The notes: generated by a model not told the origin, from the sequence alone. A stretch of DNA of 63,700 bases, filler included, from Acetivibrio sp. (GCF_035371925.1; 3 parts of 3 records of this genome joined end to end with filler, not necessarily neighbours in it), one strand, 5' to 3'. Shown: positions 39,229 to 50,007, numbered from the whole stretch's first letter. Translations and numbers: made by a program.

Positions 39229-39373
39229 AAACATTAGGAGTAGAGCACAAACAATATATGATGTATAGAAAATTATTCCTCCAAATTCTGAAGGAACAAC
39301 AGAATTCTCTGCAAAATGCTTGAGAGCTGAAAACGCTGAGCGACAACTATAGACATTGAGGAAGTGAAAATAA

Positions 39374-39628
39374 ATGAGTGAGAAAATATTATATTATAAA
39401 ATACTCGACTTAAATTTAATTGGCAAAATGGATAACTATGTATATTATCTTTACGATAAAGAAAAAGGTTGGGTTGTAGACACTAAGCATATTTTATTCG
39501 ACAGACTTTTTGGATATGATGAAACGGAAGAACCTGACTCGCCATACAGAATAGGAAATACAGATATGATGTCTCGGGTTGAGGTAATAACCGAAGAGGA
39601 GGCAAACAAGCTAATAGCGGCAATGTAA
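39374..39628 (+). CDS. Small acidic hypothetical protein (84 aa), possibly immunity-type
   Basis: GAGGAAG RBS and a downstream hairpin (ACCATCTA...TAGATGGT, about 39632-39660); family assignment unverified. Confidence 0.75.
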   Translation: MSEKILYYKILDLNLIGKMDNYVYYLYDKEKGWVVDTKHILFDRLFGYDETEEPDSPYRIGNTDMMSRVEVITEEEANKLIAAM

Positions 39629-39925
39629 CACCATCTATTGTATCATGAGCAGTAGATGGTATTTTTATGTATGGCAAATACCAAATTTCCATAAGGCGAT
39701 ATTTTTATATGTAATACAGCAAGAGTAGGTAATGCTAGATGGAAGAATTAAAAAAATATGGAGAATGAGTATTTGTGTCCACCACAAAGAAGTCATACTG
39801 TTTTAGGCCATTTTAGCAAGAAAAAAGAAGAAAAATTGAGCTATAATGAGCAAAGAGTTTCTGCGTCAAAAATACTATTTTTGATGTACAAATATTAAAA
39901 AATCCTATATAATATATAACTGTAT

Positions 39926-42442
39926 ATGGAGAAATTGAATGTAAATAATAGAAAAAACTTAATAAATCTTGCTGTTTTCCTTTTAATTGCTTTGTTATCG
40001 ACGCTTCTTATTATGTCCGCCATAAATATGCTGGATTTGTTGGGCAACAAGTCACTCGGAGGTGAAAATAATAAAAGAACTTCGCAAAATAACGGAAGCG
40101 ATCGCAATACCAAAAAGAATAAAGGAAGCAGTTCGAAGAGAAAAAATGACGGACGTGACTGGAAGGAAAGGGCAAAAAGAAAGCGTGAGGAAGGAAGAGA
40201 CTATGGCGATGCTTATGGGCAGGGACCTGAAAGCATGATTCCCGGCCAGGGCGGAGACTATGGTATCTCACCGGATCAAATGCCTAATATTGATATGTTC
40301 GGTGACGGATGGCTGCCCGATTCGTCTTTTGGAATGGGCGGTAACACCTTGGTTATTACTGAGGGCAAGAATCCCCACATACCTGCATTTGAAGTTTTGG
40401 GCGTTCCCAATTATCCTTTCGTGAGGATAATGGTTATGGAAAACTACCAAAAGAATCGCTGGAGCATGGCAAATGAAGAACCGGAGCTAAGATTTTTGTT
40501 TAACCAGGAAATGAACAGGGAGTTTTCGAAAAATTCTGTCAAAATAAAGCCTGTGGAGCCTTCGAAGGGTTATATTCCCGTACTTTCAGGCAATTTTGAA
40601 ATGAAATATGATTTTAGCCTTTTAGAGTATAAAGAGTCCGGAATTTTTTATTCCAACGACCCTATTGAAAATTTTTATGAAATGGAGTATGAGGCTCCGC
40701 CTAAAGAAATAGATTTGTTTAATGCCAAAACTGATGGCGATTATGACTATGATATTTATATACCCGAAGCAGTTGGATTGATAGCTGACGAAGTAATTGA
40801 AAATTGCAGCACTGACTATGAAGCTATAAAATATGTTGAAAAATTCCTTTCGGAAAACTACACTTATGACAATAGTGTGATAAACGATTACGGAAGCAAT
40901 GATAGAATTACTTCTTTCCTTTTAGGAAAAGACAGGGTGGGAAACCATCTGGACTTTGTATCTGCATATACCGTTATTTTAAGGGCTGTGGGTATTCCAT
41001 GCAGGCTTGCGGTGGGCTACAAGCTTTTGCCTAATGCCAAGTATCAGGTGGTGTATGCCGACCAGGTTTATATTTATCCCGAGATAAAGTTTGAGGATTA
41101 TGGATGGGTTCCGATGGACGTTTTCTCTTACGATGTTATTTATCGTCCGCCTGAGGAAACGATAACCGAAATTACCTTTGCCGATGATACGACAAGAAGA
41201 GGTGAAAGTATTACGGTGAAGGGAACTGTTACGGATTCCTACGGTAATAGCCTTGACAATATGACTGTTCTTATCTATTTGAAAAAATCCAAAGATGAGC
41301 CTTGCTTATCCTATGAAAAAGCTTATGTCAAGAATGGGGATTTTGAGGCTGTTTTCGGTATAAAAAGAGATACGGATGCAGGAAAGTATCAAGTTGTCGC
41401 GGATTTGCTGGAAAATGATATTTACAGGACGTCTTCAAGCGATCCCGAGTTGAAGGTTCTTGGAGATACTTTTCTTGAGATAGATTCTCCCAAGAATATT
41501 TTCAGTAATAAATTTAAATTTTCAGGAAGGATTGTTGACGATTTTTCCTTCAAGGGAGTAAAAGGGCTTTATGTCAATGTATCCTTCGACTATTTGGACA
41601 TTGTTGAAACAGTGGTATCCGGGGAGGACGGAAAATTATCCAAGGAGATTGAAATAGATATTCCTGAAGACTATCTTCATTACAAAAACTTTTTTTTTGC
41701 AGGAAGATATTTATTGATATATGAAGTTGAGTTTGAAGGAAATGACATTTTCTCTCCCAGTTTTACATTGAGAGAAGCATATATGTGGGAGATATACTGG
41801 TTAAATATATTGATTGTAGTTTTGATTTTGGCTTGTATACTTTTAAGTGTCATAATTGCACTAAAGAAAAAAGGAATGCTTCACCGTAAAGATGAAGAAT
41901 TGCCTGTATTGGCTACCGAAGGAACGGATATGGTTATGCCAACAGAAATGAGCCCGGAATTGGTAAAAAGAGAAGGAGTTAAATTTTATATTGAATTTCC
42001 CCAGATTGGTGAAGGTTTACCCGATGTATGGGGAGTTGATGAAAGCTTAGCCATCGTTTTTTATGACGGTGAAGGCATTAGAGGAGAGTTTGGGAGTACA
42101 TTCCATAAAAAAGGAGAATATAAAATCAAGATATCCGGGGAGAATGGCAGAGCCGGAACAAGGAACATAAGGATAGTTGATTACAGGGAAGAGATAATTG
42201 CAATCGGGAAAGAATTTTTAAAAGAAATATCTCCAAGTATTACGGGAATTACTGATGTTATGACTTTACGAGAAATACATGATACAATAAAGCCAAAGAT
42301 TGTTTCCGAAAGACACTGGGTTTTGGAAAGCGCTTTCTTTATATTTGAAAAGGCTGTATATAGTGATGAAAATATCGTGAGAAGTGATTATGAAAGGTTC
42401 TATATTTTCATCAAAGAACTTAATAAAAACAGTTCAATCTAA
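39926..42442 (+). CDS. Membrane-anchored transglutaminase-like protein with a degenerate catalytic triad
   Basis: LRAVGIPCRLAVGY and YGWVPMD fold motifs; N- and C-terminal TM segments. Confidence 0.8.
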   Translation: MEKLNVNNRKNLINLAVFLLIALLSTLLIMSAINMLDLLGNKSLGGENNKRTSQNNGSDRNTKKNKGSSSKRKNDGRDWKERAKRKREEGRDYGDAYGQGPESMIPGQGGDYGISPDQMPNIDMFGDGWLPDSSFGMGGNTLVITEGKNPHIPAFEVLGVPNYPFVRIMVMENYQKNRWSMANEEPELRFLFNQEMNREFSKNSVKIKPVEPSKGYIPVLSGNFEMKYDFSLLEYKESGIFYSNDPIENFYEMEYEAPPKEIDLFNAKTDGDYDYDIYIPEAVGLIADEVIENCSTDYEAIKYVEKFLSENYTYDNSVINDYGSNDRITSFLLGKDRVGNHLDFVSAYTVILRAVGIPCRLAVGYKLLPNAKYQVVYADQVYIYPEIKFEDYGWVPMDVFSYDVIYRPPEETITEITFADDTTRRGESITVKGTVTDSYGNSLDNMTVLIYLKKSKDEPCLSYEKAYVKNGDFEAVFGIKRDTDAGKYQVVADLLENDIYRTSSSDPELKVLGDTFLEIDSPKNIFSNKFKFSGRIVDDFSFKGVKGLYVNVSFDYLDIVETVVSGEDGKLSKEIEIDIPEDYLHYKNFFFAGRYLLIYEVEFEGNDIFSPSFTLREAYMWEIYWLNILIVVLILACILLSVIIALKKKGMLHRKDEELPVLATEGTDMVMPTEMSPELVKREGVKFYIEFPQIGEGLPDVWGVDESLAIVFYDGEGIRGEFGSTFHKKGEYKIKISGENGRAGTRNIRIVDYREEIIAIGKEFLKEISPSITGITDVMTLREIHDTIKPKIVSERHWVLESAFFIFEKAVYSDENIVRSDYERFYIFIKELNKNSSI

Positions 42443-42460
42443 GTTGTTTGGGGGGATTGA

Positions 42461-43636
42461 ATGCAAGCAAGAAACAGATTGAATGCAGATTTACCTTTAA
42501 ATAGATTAATGGTTTATCCGGCAATTACTGTAATTTACATGGTATTAACAGTACTGATATTCTTTATTCCTGTTGGACCGGCATATGGTTCAAAAGAAAG
42601 CTATTATTTTTTGATATTTCCTGTTGAGATGTTTCTCATAGGACTTACTGCCAAACACTTTGTCATGTATTTTTTTAAAGGAAAATGGGCTAGGGTATTG
42701 AGCGATTCATGCTTGGTATTGGGAAATGGAATTTCTCTGTTTCTCTTTTGGTTTTTGATTTCGTCCGATGTTGAAGTCAGGCTGGCAGCCTGCGGAATAA
42801 TACCTATAACGGTTTCGATTATCATTTTCAAGATTTCAGGTATTTATGAGAACAGAGTGTTTGAAGGAGAAATCATTAAAATAGTTTCATACTTAATAGC
42901 AGGATTTTCTGCTTGTTTTATGTATTATGTTCTTTGGCCTGAAAGTAATGAATATACAGGCTTTAGGTTTTCTTTGGGAAAACTGGTTCTATATTCTTTT
43001 ATTGTGCTTTGTATTTTTGAGCTTGCGTCATTTATAGAATTAAGCGGAAATAAAAAAGCCTACGGGCTGGCAAACTGGCTTCGGTCGAATCATGCAAGCA
43101 AGTTTTTTGCCACTTTTATTGTCCTGTTTTTAATTCTGGATCTAAGGAGGATTATAATGTCGGATTCAATTTGGGTTGCATGGTTATTTATATTTGTAGT
43201 TCTGGTTGTTGTTTTTATTATACTTTCGATAAAGCTTTTGACCGCTGCAAACAACAGTCCGGAAGAAAGACTTAACAAGCATCTTCAAAGGATAAACTTT
43301 GACAAGATAAAAGATATCTCCGATATAACATCGCATATAAATGACTTTGTGTATAATGGGAGCAAAAGCGGACTTATAGCTTGTATTTTTATTATGACAA
43401 ACAAAGCAGGGGTTCCGATTTGGACTGTAAAAAGAATGATTGCACCCATTGTGGACCACAAGGATCCGGAGATGCCTTCTTTTATGAGCAGAAAGCATTA
43501 TATGGTTATTGAGGAAAGAAACAAACAGAAAAGGATGAGGATTGTTGAATTTGTTATTAAAAATTTAGAAGCATATGGAAGGAGAAATAATAATGGTTTC
43601 GGAACAGGTTCAAACACTATGCAAAAGTATAATTGA
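42461..43636 (+). CDS. Multi-pass membrane protein
   Basis: About nine hydrophobic segments; lies within the MoxR operon. Confidence 0.75.
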   Translation: MQARNRLNADLPLNRLMVYPAITVIYMVLTVLIFFIPVGPAYGSKESYYFLIFPVEMFLIGLTAKHFVMYFFKGKWARVLSDSCLVLGNGISLFLFWFLISSDVEVRLAACGIIPITVSIIIFKISGIYENRVFEGEIIKIVSYLIAGFSACFMYYVLWPESNEYTGFRFSLGKLVLYSFIVLCIFELASFIELSGNKKAYGLANWLRSNHASKFFATFIVLFLILDLRRIIMSDSIWVAWLFIFVVLVVVFIILSIKLLTAANNSPEERLNKHLQRINFDKIKDISDITSHINDFVYNGSKSGLIACIFIMTNKAGVPIWTVKRMIAPIVDHKDPEMPSFMSRKHYMVIEERNKQKRMRIVEFVIKNLEAYGRRNNNGFGTGSNTMQKYN

Positions 43637-44582
43637 TGAAGTGGGAAAGGTATTTGTTGCAGACAATGACATGATTTTAAAAAAGATACTTTGCGGGTTC
43701 CTGGCGGGAGGCCATATACTTTTTGAGGATAATCCGGGACTTGGTAAAACCTTGCTTGTAAAGGTTTTTGCAAAAGTTACGGGCTGTGAATGGAAGAGAA
43801 TACAGTTTACTCCCGACCTTATGCCTTCAGATATTTTGGGTACAAAGATCTGGAAGAGCAACTCTTCCTCTTTTGAGCTTGAAAAAGGTCCGATATTCAC
43901 CAATTTCCTTTTGGCGGACGAAATTAACAGGGCGATGCCCAAAACCCAGTCTGCTCTGCTTGAAGCCATGGAAGAACGTCAGGTTTCGATAGAAGGTACA
44001 ACATATCCGCTAAAACCGCCGTTTATTGTTATGGCTACGCAAAACCCGATAGAGATGGAGGGTACATATCCGCTTCCCGAGGCACAGATGGACAGGTTTA
44101 TAATGAAGCTGTCCTTAGGATATTTGGAGAGTGCCCAAAAAGAGTGCGATGTATTGAAAAGAAGGATTAAGTGGAAAAAGGATGACCCTACCAACGATAT
44201 AAAGCCTGTGGTTTCGATGGAACAGTTGTTGATGCTCCAAAATGAGGTGGAAAAGGTTTATGTGGATGACAATATTCTGATGTATATTACGGAAATAGTA
44301 AGGAATACCAGGGTAAACCCCAATATAAGGCTGGGCGCAAGCCCGAGGGGAGCACTGGCTTTGTTGAAATTGTCGAGAGCCCATGCTCTTGTAAGCGGCA
44401 GAAATTATGTAATACCGGATGATGTAAAGCTTATGGCTGTAGATGCTCTTGCCCATCGTGTTATTCTGCATATTGAACGAATAATGGAAGGCCGGGTTGC
44501 TTCGGCAGTGGTAAGAAGCATTGTAACTAAAACAGATGTTCCCAAAAGCTATACACGGGAAAACGCAGGAGGGCTTTCGTAA
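43593..44582 (+). CDS. MoxR family AAA+ ATPase
   Basis: EDNPGLGKT, IQFTPDLMPSD, ADEINR, ATQNPIE and YPLPEAQMDRF motifs. Confidence 0.95.
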   Translation: MVSEQVQTLCKSIIDEVGKVFVADNDMILKKILCGFLAGGHILFEDNPGLGKTLLVKVFAKVTGCEWKRIQFTPDLMPSDILGTKIWKSNSSSFELEKGPIFTNFLLADEINRAMPKTQSALLEAMEERQVSIEGTTYPLKPPFIVMATQNPIEMEGTYPLPEAQMDRFIMKLSLGYLESAQKECDVLKRRIKWKKDDPTNDIKPVVSMEQLLMLQNEVEKVYVDDNILMYITEIVRNTRVNPNIRLGASPRGALALLKLSRAHALVSGRNYVIPDDVKLMAVDALAHRVILHIERIMEGRVASAVVRSIVTKTDVPKSYTRENAGGLS

Positions 44583-45902
44583 ATGCCGAAGAGAGTTTCT
44601 ATGGTAAGTATCATATTTTTGTTATTGGTTTCAATAGGGTTTCTTCTTGCCAACAACATATTGATACTTGTTTCCATTATCCCTTTTATATTAATGGGTT
44701 TTGGATATTATTTCAAAATGCCTGATGGAGTTAGGGTAAAGAAGACCGTTTCAAAGAACAGGGTTTCGGTGGGGGAGCTGTTGGAGGTTTCCGTAAGGGT
44801 ACAGGTGGAATCGGGATTTGGTTCTATAGAGATATGCGATGTTGTGCCCCAGCATTTTGAGCTGGTGGAAGGAACCAATTACTGTGCGGCATGGAAAGGG
44901 TTTGAGCCGAAAGAGTTATGTTTAAATTACACTATTCGCTGTACTGCGTCGGGAACTTACACATTTAAAACCACCAAGTGGAAGGCCAGACACTCTCTCG
45001 GGGGCTTTTCGACAAACAGAAAATATGAGACGGATTTGACTGTGGAAGTAACTCCAAGGCTTATTGAGCTTAAAAAAGTGAGGGGTATGTCCACAGTGTC
45101 CAAAGTGCCGATGCCGGAGGGAGCCTTGGCAAGCATGGGTATGTCAACCCAGGAGTTTAAGGAGCTTAGGCTTTATTGTCCGGGGGATCCTTTCAAATCA
45201 ATAAACTGGAAGGTTACATCGAGAAATTTGGTTAGAGGAAATGTTTGGCCTGTGGTAAATGAGTTCGAAAAAGAAGGGAAGAAATCTGTGTGGATTTTTT
45301 TAGATACATCCCCAATAATGTCCTTCGGTTCAAACATAAAGAATGTAAGAGAGTATTCCGTCGAGGCTGTAAACAGTCTTAGCGACTACTATGTAAACCA
45401 TAATTGCAGCGTATCCTTTCATACTTTTGGCGGAAGCAACATATTTGTAAATTCCGGGTCGGGAAGACAGCAGCATTACAGGATTTTACGGGAGCTTATG
45501 AAAATAAGAAATTTTACGGGAGTATCTAAAAAGAAATCCGAGCAGCTTAAAAATCTGGAAGAAACTGTGTATTCGTGTAGGAGTTACTTTAGCGGATTGA
45601 GACCAATGTTTGTAGTTGTTACAAGGTTTTGCACCAGAAACTCCGAAGAAATTCTAAAGGGTATAAACCTTATGTCAAAATACACCATGCTTCGAAAGGG
45701 CCATGCTCCCAGTATAATGTTGATAAACATAATGGGATACGGACTTATGGCTGAAAATCATAACGAAATGATGGCAGCTGACCTTCTTGAAGCTATGAAC
45801 AAGGTGCTTTCGGCAAATATAAGAAAAAACTGTGTTTGGATTGACTGGGATCCGAACAAGGAAAGCCTTACCGGTGCATTATTAAAACAGGTGGTGAGTT
45901 AA
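44583..45902 (+). CDS. DUF58 (vWA-like) protein
   Basis: EFKELRLYCPGDPFKSINWK and VNEFE motifs. Confidence 0.88.
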   Translation: MPKRVSMVSIIFLLLVSIGFLLANNILILVSIIPFILMGFGYYFKMPDGVRVKKTVSKNRVSVGELLEVSVRVQVESGFGSIEICDVVPQHFELVEGTNYCAAWKGFEPKELCLNYTIRCTASGTYTFKTTKWKARHSLGGFSTNRKYETDLTVEVTPRLIELKKVRGMSTVSKVPMPEGALASMGMSTQEFKELRLYCPGDPFKSINWKVTSRNLVRGNVWPVVNEFEKEGKKSVWIFLDTSPIMSFGSNIKNVREYSVEAVNSLSDYYVNHNCSVSFHTFGGSNIFVNSGSGRQQHYRILRELMKIRNFTGVSKKKSEQLKNLEETVYSCRSYFSGLRPMFVVVTRFCTRNSEEILKGINLMSKYTMLRKGHAPSIMLINIMGYGLMAENHNEMMAADLLEAMNKVLSANIRKNCVWIDWDPNKESLTGALLKQVVS

Positions 45903-45905
45903 AGG

Positions 45906-46529
45906 TTGAAGGTATGGTCATTGTCAGCTAGAATAGTGTTTTCATTTATTGCTTATGTTTTATCGTACATTCTTTTGCATGATTCATTTATTTACCGAAC
46001 CTTTCTTACTTTATTTAAAACGGAAATTAGAACTTTTATAATAATAAATATTGCAGTTCTTGTTTTTACCGGACTTTGTTACAAGAAGTTTGAAAAGGTT
46101 ATCAGCGTAATATGTATATTTTTTGCAGCACCTTCTGTAATGCTTCATTCAAAATTACTCATAGCTATTATTCTGAGTTCGGAATTGGGACAGTATTTTA
46201 CATCCAATTCAAATGCAGTTCTTTTTCTTTTGATTATTGTATTTTTGATGGCAGCAAACAGGCTTGAAAGGCTTGACAGACAGTATGATGAAATGATATC
46301 CGGCGGTGCATTGGAAGCCGATGTAAATTTGATAACCCTTAACAATATCAAGATGTATTCTATTTTTCTTGCTGTGGCTTTACTCAGCGGACTTGTTCTT
46401 ATTGCTTTAGGCTCTATAGTACCTAAAATCGGTAAGTCATTGTTAACAGCAATTGCAATGGTGGTAATTGGCATTGGGCTGGTCTTAGGATGTGTATTGT
46501 ATTTGTACAGAAAGTGGATTAAAAAATAG
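45906..46529 (+). CDS. Hypothetical membrane protein
   Basis: About six TM segments; last gene of the operon. Confidence 0.7.
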   Translation: MKVWSLSARIVFSFIAYVLSYILLHDSFIYRTFLTLFKTEIRTFIIINIAVLVFTGLCYKKFEKVISVICIFFAAPSVMLHSKLLIAIILSSELGQYFTSNSNAVLFLLIIVFLMAANRLERLDRQYDEMISGGALEADVNLITLNNIKMYSIFLAVALLSGLVLIALGSIVPKIGKSLLTAIAMVVIGIGLVLGCVLYLYRKWIKK

Positions 46530-46779
46530 TTATGTTTTAAAAAAAATATATGTTTTTTCTAGTGTTTATGGTATAATAGAAAAAAAGTCTGTTTTCATTT
46601 TTTCAAGTATATATGTCCGAAATAATCTTGTGAATCTTGTAAAATCATTCTGAGTCATCAAAATATTCTTATACATAATATGCGTTTTTTGTTTCTCAGC
46701 AGTAAATTATGTTTAAACAACAGTAAAACAGGGGAGTTGGAGGATCTTTATCTAAAAATACGCTTAAAGGAGAAACGAG

Positions 46780-48918
46780 ATGAAGAAGCGCAGAACTATT
46801 GGTTTTTTGGTGAACGATATAGATGTAAGCTATTCTAATCTGGTTTATCTGATGACGAAAAAGGCTGCAGAAAAATATGACTTCAATCTTATCGTCTACG
46901 AAGGCAGATCCTTTAACAACCCTTCCTTGGCAGACAGTCAGCATCAAATATGCTATAGTTTTGCCGACAGCACCAGGCTGGACGGAATATTAATTGCAAG
47001 CGCTCCGATTGCGTGCTACGTTTCCGATGAGGAATTTGTTGAGTTTTGCAAGCGTTATGAAGGAATACCACTGGTGTCACTGGGGATTATTGTTCCCCAT
47101 GCTACGAGCATTGTGATAGACAACAAGAAGGGAATGAAGGAACAGATAACACATCTTATAAAAGACCATGGTTTTAGAAAAATAGCATATATATCCGGAC
47201 CTCCAACAAACATGGATTCTGTTGAACGCTTGGAAGCCTACTATGAAGCTCTGGGGGAAAATAATATTGATGTTGATACCGGCCTGATATTTGACGGAGA
47301 TTTTTTGGCCCAAACAGGGTATGACATTATGAAAAAGATAATAATGAACGGTATTGAGTATGATGCACTAGTTAGCGCAAATGATGATATGGCTTGTGGA
47401 GCAATAAAATGCTTAAGGGACTTGAAAGACTCCCATAGCCTGGATTTGGCTAAAAAAGGGGTGATATGTGGATTTGATGACTCCGTAACATCCCGACTGG
47501 TCAAACCTTCTCTGACTACAGTTAGGCAGCCTATTGAAGAAATGTGTTTTTGCGCCGTTGAGACATTGCTGAAAAAGATAAAAGGGGAGAAGGTTGATGA
47601 TATAATCAGGCTTCCTTCTGTTTTGGTCAAGAGAGGATCTTGCGGATGCAAAGACGTAAGTGAACTGAGTTTTGTGAGTGACAGCAGCTTAAGACTTGTT
47701 CCCGGTCAAAGGATACATGAGAATTTACAGACATATTCCCTTGAAGAATTATTTGATTGCGTGACTAAGACATTGAGACTTAGCTATATTAGAAGCTGCT
47801 TTATTTTAAAATACTGCGGCGAAACCTTGTTGTATGAAGTTGATTCTATTTTTAACGGCAATTTTACTCTTCCCGAAATTTCAGAATTGATATATGCTTA
47901 CTATAATGACGAGAGAATAACTGTTGATGACAGTATTAGATATATAAAGACCAGAAGTATTGTGCCAGACCGATTCTTTAGAGAAGATAGACGGTTTACA
48001 TATCTTGTCAATCCATTGTTTTTTAATTGTGAACATTTTGGCTATGTGTGCTTTGAAGTGGTAAATGATGACGTACTAAACTTTGAGCCTATCAGGGGGC
48101 AGATAAGCAACACACTAAATGGTGCCCTGATGCTTATGGAAAGAGCGAAGATTGAGGAAAGCTTTAGAGAGACCGAACGATTGGCTTCATTGGGACAGCT
48201 TATTGGAGGAATTTCTCACAATCTTATGACTCCCATAATGTCCATATCCGGTGCGTGCTTTGGCTTAGAAGACCTTGTAAATGAATACATTACATCGATA
48301 GAAGACCCGTCAGTTACTGTGCAAGACCACAAGGGAATTGCCAAGGATATGCAGGAATGGATAGACAAACTAAAAGAGTACAATTCCTATATGTCAAATG
48401 TTATTGCAACTGTCAAATCTCAAGCTGTTCAACTCAATTCCGACTCCATAAATGAATTTACAATCGAAGAGCTTATAAACCGTATTATGTTTATAAAGAA
48501 TAACAACCCTATAATCAGAAAAGCCACTTTGAACTATAAAATTGAGATTGATTGCAAAACGGCAATTGCAGGAGATATATCAAATCTTATACAGATAATT
48601 GAAAATCTTTTGATTAATGCGGTACAGTCTTATGGAGAAGAGGATAATGGCAAAGTTGTCATTGATTTCCATATATTACAAGAAGGAGACACAGTTAAAT
48701 ATATTATCAGAGATTACGGAAAGGGTATACCCGATGAAATAAAAGACAGACTGTTTCGGCGTATGGTGACTACAAAGGGGAAAAATGGAACAGGGCTGAG
48801 TCTGCTGCTGTCCTATTCAACAATAAAGGGTAAGTTTGGGGGAGAATTGTGGGTAGAGTCGGAAGAAAACATTGGTTCTACATTTTATATAACAATACCT
48901 ATGGGCAATAAGGGTTGA
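46780..48918 (+). CDS. Soluble orphan histidine kinase with a LacI-type sugar-binding sensor domain
   Basis: ANDDMACGA, GFDD and PSLTTVRQP (PBP fold); ISHNLMTP H-box; NLLINA, DYGKGI and GTGLSL boxes; no HTH or TM segment. Confidence 0.9.
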   Translation: MKKRRTIGFLVNDIDVSYSNLVYLMTKKAAEKYDFNLIVYEGRSFNNPSLADSQHQICYSFADSTRLDGILIASAPIACYVSDEEFVEFCKRYEGIPLVSLGIIVPHATSIVIDNKKGMKEQITHLIKDHGFRKIAYISGPPTNMDSVERLEAYYEALGENNIDVDTGLIFDGDFLAQTGYDIMKKIIMNGIEYDALVSANDDMACGAIKCLRDLKDSHSLDLAKKGVICGFDDSVTSRLVKPSLTTVRQPIEEMCFCAVETLLKKIKGEKVDDIIRLPSVLVKRGSCGCKDVSELSFVSDSSLRLVPGQRIHENLQTYSLEELFDCVTKTLRLSYIRSCFILKYCGETLLYEVDSIFNGNFTLPEISELIYAYYNDERITVDDSIRYIKTRSIVPDRFFREDRRFTYLVNPLFFNCEHFGYVCFEVVNDDVLNFEPIRGQISNTLNGALMLMERAKIEESFRETERLASLGQLIGGISHNLMTPIMSISGACFGLEDLVNEYITSIEDPSVTVQDHKGIAKDMQEWIDKLKEYNSYMSNVIATVKSQAVQLNSDSINEFTIEELINRIMFIKNNNPIIRKATLNYKIEIDCKTAIAGDISNLIQIIENLLINAVQSYGEEDNGKVVIDFHILQEGDTVKYIIRDYGKGIPDEIKDRLFRRMVTTKGKNGTGLSLLLSYSTIKGKFGGELWVESEENIGSTFYITIPMGNKG

Positions 48919-49020
48919 TTATATGAACTTTGAATTTTGAAAAAGTATACGGTAAAAAACTTTATAGTTTATGACGAAAAAATATTAGTAAGTCATCGAA
49001 TTACACATCACACTTATTTA

Positions 49021-49120
49021 NNNNNNNNNNNNNNNNNNNNNNNNNNNNNNNNNNNNNNNNNNNNTTAATTAATTAANNNNNNNNNNNNNNNNNNNNNNNN
49101 NNNNNNNNNNNNNNNNNNNN
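49021..49120. other. Artificial scaffold linker
   Basis: N-run containing TTAATTAATTAA. Confidence 0.95.
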
Positions 49121-49665
49121 CCTTACTTTTATCGATACCTTCCATACCAAGTGCCTGAACTAATTCATCTACCTTTCTAGTGCTTATACCATGGACATAT
49201 GCTTCCTGAACAACATTAACAAGTGCTTTTTCCCACATACGCCGGGGTTCTAGAAAACTTGGAAAGTAAGTTCCCTCACGAAGTTTAGGTATTTTTAAAT
49301 CAATGGTACCAAGGCGGGTATCGTACGGTCTGATTCGAACGCCATTTCTTTGATTGTTTCTTTCTTCTGTACGTTCATACTTATCTGCACCAATTTTTGC
49401 AGTCACTTCGGCTTCCATCAACTTATTTAGGATTAATGCCATCAGCTCTCTCATGAAATCTCCATCTATTACATGTCCATAATGCTTGAAAATTTCCTCG
49501 ATTTGTGGCATCATATCTCTTGCATCTTTTATAGCCACGGTATGACCTCCTCTACTTTTGTTTTGCTCTAACATAGTAGAAAACCATATCGTGGCCTTGT
49601 TTTCAAGGAACAATATCTTCCATCAATTTTAGGCCACCAATTTTACACCACTACTTAAGACTATA
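49121..49665 (-). mobile_element. IS256-family insertion sequence, left part; transposase (GTG 49538) cut by the gap
   Basis: KYER..RNG.R...TRLGTIDLKIPKLREGTYFP and YVHGISTRKV motifs; GTGTAAA-containing terminus near 49640-49665. Confidence 0.88.
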
Positions 49666-49968
49666 ACCGCTATATTGCTCAGCAGTCTTTTCATCATCAA
49701 AAGGCATCTTTTTCCATATATCTAATTCATTCCTTCTACAAGTTCTTACATGATATCCATTTGGCAACTCAGCAAGAGCACAGGTATTCAATTTTTTACA
49801 CATCATAAATAGGTTTTTATCGGGAATTTCTTTTTCCATGAGTAGATTAAAATAACAATTATTGCGATTCCATTTTGGGTCATCAAGTTCTGATATTTCA
49901 TAGAAATCATTTTTCACAACATTATAATCTTCCATATTCATTCCCCGCATAAATAAAATAATATACAT
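49651..49968 (-). pseudogene. GNAT-family gene truncated by the IS256 insertion
   Basis: NLFMMCKKLN...LPNGYHVRTCRRNELDIWK N-terminus; the frame runs into the IS end and stops before any acetyl-CoA motif. Confidence 0.65.
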
Positions 49969-50007
49969 TAACTCAACTACACATCATGTTCAGAATGTAT
50001 GGTTGTA

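Noticed and set aside
39229..39270. Homing spacer against glmS (ACTCCTAA shared with about 53993-54000)
   Set aside because: An 8-nt match is expected by chance in a window this size.
39265..39330. Second pseudo-repeat closing a mini-array after the solitary repeat
   Set aside because: Only TGAAG and GCTTGAG fragments resemble the repeat; a 7-bp hairpin (39284-39306) exists but similarity is at chance level.
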